Source: a virus
Taxonomy: Duplodnaviria > Caudoviricetes
IMG/VR virus record: IMGVR_UViG_3300043409_000588
Location: 1 to 40,864 of that record
Reading direction: 5' to 3' (one strand)
Length of the DNA stretch: 40,864 nucleotides
A program made the translations under genes and the position numbers. The stretch's first letter is position 1, and every line of letters starts with the position of its first letter. The notes under the pieces were generated by a model. The model was not told the DNA's origin. It worked only from the letters and a program-made list of their open reading frames with translations, and ran no database searches. Below, one piece after another: positions 37,653 to 40,864 of this stretch.

Positions 37653-38597
37653 TCAGTTAGAGCGAACCTCGTCTGGTGTTGCCAGAAGAAGTCGTGCGAA
37701 TTCAGCGGAGGTCGAAGCCGTATGCAGAGTGTTAAGCACCGCACCACCTTGGCGTTGCTTCATCTCATACTTGTGGTTGCCGTGGTTATGCGTCAGCACT
37801 TGCGTGTGGGCATTATACAGATTCCACAAATTACGACTGCGGTCTTCCTCATACGATGGCTGTTCCCAGACTTCGTGGACTTGCTTGCGAAGCGAAGCAC
37901 CAAGAACTCCACGATTAACCATATTCTCGATAGCGTTCCAACCCTGCTCTTGCGTGATATCGCAGGTAGCAAGATTTTGGAACGACTGACGAATATGAGT
38001 CCACTCGTTCATCGCCTGTTGGATGATGTTGCTCACGAAGTCTGCGGATACGGACTGTGTGTGACGCACAGACATAAACACATCTTCACGGAACGAAGTC
38101 ATACCATTGAGGCAGACCAAACGAAGAGCACCGACAGAAACAGACGAACGGCTAGTGCCATCGAATGAATTCTTTGCGGTGATACGCAGGGCAACGATAT
38201 CACCCTTGTGGGTAACATCGAACTTCTCGGTTTGGAAATCGTAGCACAAGTGTGCTCGTGCTCCCATACGAGTGACGATGGATTCGAATGCAGTAGGCGT
38301 GAGACCATTCTGTTCGAAGCCATTGAGGATGCGGTGTTCGAAGTCATCGTTCTGGATGATGCCGTATTTCTCGGACACCTTACCAATGATTGCTCCGTTA
38401 TCGCACCGCTGATTACCCCAACAGTTAGCAGGAATGCCTTCGCTCGTGTAGAGCGGAACGGCACGGACTGAGTACTTGTGGGCGTTAGCACCGAAGGAAA
38501 CCTTCGGGCTGTTAGCAGAATGTCTTGCGACTTCCTGCTCGTATTGAAGACGCAGACTGGTGAGGTCGGCATCGGACTGAATGTTGTAGGACAACAT
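37653..38597 (-). CDS. DUF932/DUF945-family protein
   Basis: GKVSEKYGIIQN, KNSFDGTS, GALRLVCLNGM, RHT and NLWNLYNAHT motifs. Confidence 0.88.
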   Translation of the reverse strand: MLSYNIQSDADLTSLRLQYEQEVARHSANSPKVSFGANAHKYSVRAVPLYTSEGIPANCWGNQRCDNGAIIGKVSEKYGIIQNDDFEHRILNGFEQNGLTPTAFESIVTRMGARAHLCYDFQTEKFDVTHKGDIVALRITAKNSFDGTSRSSVSVGALRLVCLNGMTSFREDVFMSVRHTQSVSADFVSNIIQQAMNEWTHIRQSFQNLATCDITQEQGWNAIENMVNRGVLGASLRKQVHEVWEQPSYEEDRSRNLWNLYNAHTQVLTHNHGNHKYEMKQRQGGAVLNTLHTASTSAEFARLLLATPDEVRSN

Positions 38598-38709
38598 ATG
38601 TGTGTTTGGTTTTTCTTTGGGTTATGTGCTACTTCGCACTAGAACCTGTGGAGGCTCCAATGTTTTTCGCACAAATTTAGGGGACAGGGACAGAAGCGAT
38701 TAGTCTGGG

Positions 38710-38970
38710 TTAGAGAGTAATGGCGTTAAGTAGTGCATCGACTTCGTGCTCATCGCATCCAGCGTCATTGATGACCTTGAAAATCCTTTCGGATACTCCG
38801 TGGTCAACCTTACGCCACGCTTTGCAAGCGGAACTGATATCGATGAAGATATTGCCATTCCCAGTAAGCCTTGCGGATGGGTAATCCGCTGGCTCGATGG
38901 TTTGTGGAATCTCTAACATCTTAACCAACTCTGCGATGCGTTCTTCGGAGACCTTGGACTTCTTAGGCAT
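38710..38970 (-). CDS. Hypothetical protein (86 aa, MPKKSKVSEERIAEL...)
   Basis: ATG at 38970 overlaps the upstream stop by 8 nt. Confidence 0.7.
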   Translation of the reverse strand: MPKKSKVSEERIAELVKMLEIPQTIEPADYPSARLTGNGNIFIDISSACKAWRKVDHGVSERIFKVINDAGCDEHEVDALLNAITL

Positions 38971-39796
38971 TGGATTTGCCCTCGCTCTTGGTCTGTTCGT
39001 AAGCGGATTGGAGCATCTCGCCAAGCACAGTTTGAACTGTGTGTCGGATGTTTTCGCTGAACCAATTATCCCACTCTGCTCCGAACTTGGTCTTGAACTG
39101 CGACTCGATACGCTCTGCGACAGAGTGTTGAATCTCGTCATCGATTGCGTTCTGACAATTGGCTTGTGCGTTCTCACGAGCCTTGCCTAGCGAGCGTTGG
39201 AATTCGCTGTCAACAATCTCTGCAACCATCGTAGCGAACCAATCACGCTTCAAGTCGTTGCTAATCTCATCGGACAATTCACCACGCTTAATGGTTTCGT
39301 CTTCTGAGAGTTGCTCGGACTTCAGCATCACATCGGAGCAATCGATATCGTCAGTAGTAACGATGTCGTTGTCGCTGATGATGTCAGACCAATCAACCTT
39401 GCGTAGAACTTTATCTGCGAGGTCATCGTAATCCAAGACACCTTCCAACTCGTAAGACCAATCACGATTGCCAAGTGCATCGTCAATCTGGTCTGAGAAG
39501 TCGTGGTCATCGAGGATACTTCCGACACCATCCTTGAAGGATTCGGATTCGGAGACATCGTAATCATCGAGCCAGTTCTTGAGCCAACTCATAACGCTCT
39601 TTGACACCAGCGTGTCGAAGTGCGGTTTGAACTGCTCTTGCGTTGATGCGTTGATGTCATCCATCTCCAACATCACTCGGAGTTTGTTATTCTCCATCTC
39701 CAAGCACATCACTCGCATCTCCAACAGAGCGTACTTGTGCTCTGTCGTGTTGGCTGGGAGGAACCAAGCCAGTAGTTTACCAATCATTTGCTTCAT
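38963..39796 (-). CDS. Highly acidic 277-aa protein (DNA-mimic candidate)
   Basis: Asp/Glu-dense central region with repeating D-aromatic-S/D units; A/C-rich leader. Confidence 0.75.
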   Translation of the reverse strand: MKQMIGKLLAWFLPANTTEHKYALLEMRVMCLEMENNKLRVMLEMDDINASTQEQFKPHFDTLVSKSVMSWLKNWLDDYDVSESESFKDGVGSILDDHDFSDQIDDALGNRDWSYELEGVLDYDDLADKVLRKVDWSDIISDNDIVTTDDIDCSDVMLKSEQLSEDETIKRGELSDEISNDLKRDWFATMVAEIVDSEFQRSLGKARENAQANCQNAIDDEIQHSVAERIESQFKTKFGAEWDNWFSENIRHTVQTVLGEMLQSAYEQTKSEGKSNA

Positions 39797-39892
39797 AGGC
39801 GTATCTGTTTATGTTTGTTTCGTTTCTGTGGACTCACACAGCGATACTACCCTAGTTAGTTTGGTCGGGGTTCACGCTGAATGAGAAAGGGA

Positions 39893-39957
39893 TGCTGTGC
39901 TACTGTCTACTGCCTTGTGAAAACTTGGCGTTTGAAGGTGTAGTATGTAGCACAGCA
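39893..39957. other. 65-nt long irregular hairpin
   Basis: Perfect 11-bp base TGCTGTGCTAC/GTAGCACAGCA plus inner CTAC/GTAG, CCTT/AAGG and AAAC/GTTT stems. Confidence 0.7.
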
Positions 39958-39986
39958 AAGTTAAGCCCACACCCGAAGGTGTGAGC
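39958..39986 (-). terminator. C(UUCG)G-capped hairpin, probable terminator or stabiliser
   Basis: Minus strand GCTCACACC-TTCG-GGTGTGGGC then TTAACTTT, just after the stop at 39994. Confidence 0.6.
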
Positions 39987-39993
39987 AACAGTT

Positions 39994-40608
39994 TCACGAC
40001 TTGTTTGGGTCGGTGATTGTAATCGTAATCACTAACGATGTGCTTTTCTGTCGGCGTTCAGCACTAAGCCTTTTGTTGCGAGCGTTCTGATACGCATTGT
40101 GCTTCAAACGCTTTTCTTCTTTCGTCAGTACAGGTGACAGTCTTGCCCAACGCTTTTTGGCTGACTCACGCATCCTCTGTCTTACTTCCTCAGAGCGTTT
40201 GTACATACCAGCAGGAGCACCACGCTTGGTTTTTTGCAGTCTTCGCATCTCTCTTACATCTGCATAACGCTTTTGACCTTCGGATAACGCATCGTATTCT
40301 GCTTTACGCTTTGCTTCCGCAATCACACGCTTCTCTTCGGCAGTCTTACGCTTGAACATTTTACCTGCTTCCTTTTTTGCCTGTCGTGCGTAGTAACGAG
40401 CCTCTGCTTCTTTTGCGATTCGGATAGTACGCTCTGTCGAAGTTTCCTTTAACGGACCACGCTCAAACTTATATAACTTCGTTTCAGTTCCGTGAACTAC
40501 TGGTGTCTTGCTGGACTTCGGCTTGGCGTGAACAGGAGGGTTGATGTATTTGCCCTGTGCGTTTAACTTCTTGCGATAGAAGTGACTCATTGGTTTTCGT
40601 TCTCCCAT
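39994..40608 (-). CDS. Very basic protein with NUMOD3-like motif
   Basis: KRSEEVRQRMRESAKKRWA motif; Arg/Lys-rich; no nuclease motif seen. The start could be 40590. Confidence 0.65.
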   Translation of the reverse strand: MGERKPMSHFYRKKLNAQGKYINPPVHAKPKSSKTPVVHGTETKLYKFERGPLKETSTERTIRIAKEAEARYYARQAKKEAGKMFKRKTAEEKRVIAEAKRKAEYDALSEGQKRYADVREMRRLQKTKRGAPAGMYKRSEEVRQRMRESAKKRWARLSPVLTKEEKRLKHNAYQNARNKRLSAERRQKSTSLVITITITDPNKS

Positions 40609-40805
40609 TGCGTCAGACGATTGACGATGCGAACCTCTGGCTCTGGCTCGATAGTTTCTTCGCTCACATACTGCGTCTTAATGTCGGGGCGATACTTCTT
40701 GAACTTTTCTGCTTCGCACTTCGGACAACCCTTGAACAGTTCGATTTGGTGACCATCGAAATACCAAAACGATTCCACACCGCTACCACAGTTGCACTTA
40801 CTCAT
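40587..40805 (-). CDS. Small Zn-finger-like protein (72 aa)
   Basis: CNCGSG...CPKC...KYRPD cysteine pattern. Confidence 0.75.
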   Translation of the reverse strand: MSKCNCGSGVESFWYFDGHQIELFKGCPKCEAEKFKKYRPDIKTQYVSEETIEPEPEVRIVNRLTQWENENQ

Positions 40806-40863
40806 AGCGGTTCAGATTATTCTGCTCCTCGTCTTCTTCGCCATCAATCGGGTTGCTCCAAGC
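40798..40863 (-). CDS. 3' end of a gene truncated by the window edge
   Basis: ...AWSNPIDGEEDEEQNNLNRYE*; stop overlaps the next start (ATGAGTAA). Confidence 0.5.
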   Translation of the reverse strand, partial: AWSNPIDGEEDEEQNNLNRYE

Positions 40864-40864
40864 A

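Noticed and set aside
36772-39177. Long N-terminal extensions in the ORF track (starts 37293, 37550, 39177)
   Set aside because: They overlap upstream genes heavily; coupled starts at 37212, 37409 and 38970 fit better.
1-40864. Stop-codon reassignment, DGR/retron, integrase or intron/intein
   Set aside because: Genes are full length in the standard code with all three stops used. No reverse transcriptase or integrase is seen, and terL, portal and capsid appear uninterrupted.

Overview
The window is a large part of a dsDNA tailed phage genome with a short-tailed (podovirus-like) gene layout. The host is probably Gram-negative. The left ~2.9 kb (+ strand) carries an ERF-type recombinase cut off at the window edge, tRNA-Arg(TCT), a lysozyme/transglycosylase-like protein with a signal peptide, a metallophosphoesterase and small ORFs. 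Positions 3051-35582 form a tightly packed minus-strand late module. In transcription order it holds small ORFs, tRNA-Thr(TGT), a NUMOD4-HNH nuclease, an orphan 485-aa protein, terminase, portal, scaffold, SU10-type major capsid, adaptor, collagen/foldon fibre, nozzle, a second fibre, three probable ejection proteins (the largest 3716 aa), holin, an orphan 817-aa protein and a lipoprotein with C-terminal membrane anchors (candidate unimolecular spanin). A C-tract-rich non-coding block (35583-36004) separates this module from a visibly GC-richer set of small early-type genes, including DUF932 and a very acidic protein. The most notable signals are: two orphan late genes sharing a Gly-rich hydrophobic module, ADP-ribosyltransferase-like and zincin-like segments in virion-type proteins, a rearranged lysis cassette, strong avoidance of many 4-bp palindromes, and several structured intergenic RNAs. 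All protein calls come from motif reading and synteny by eye; no searches were run.
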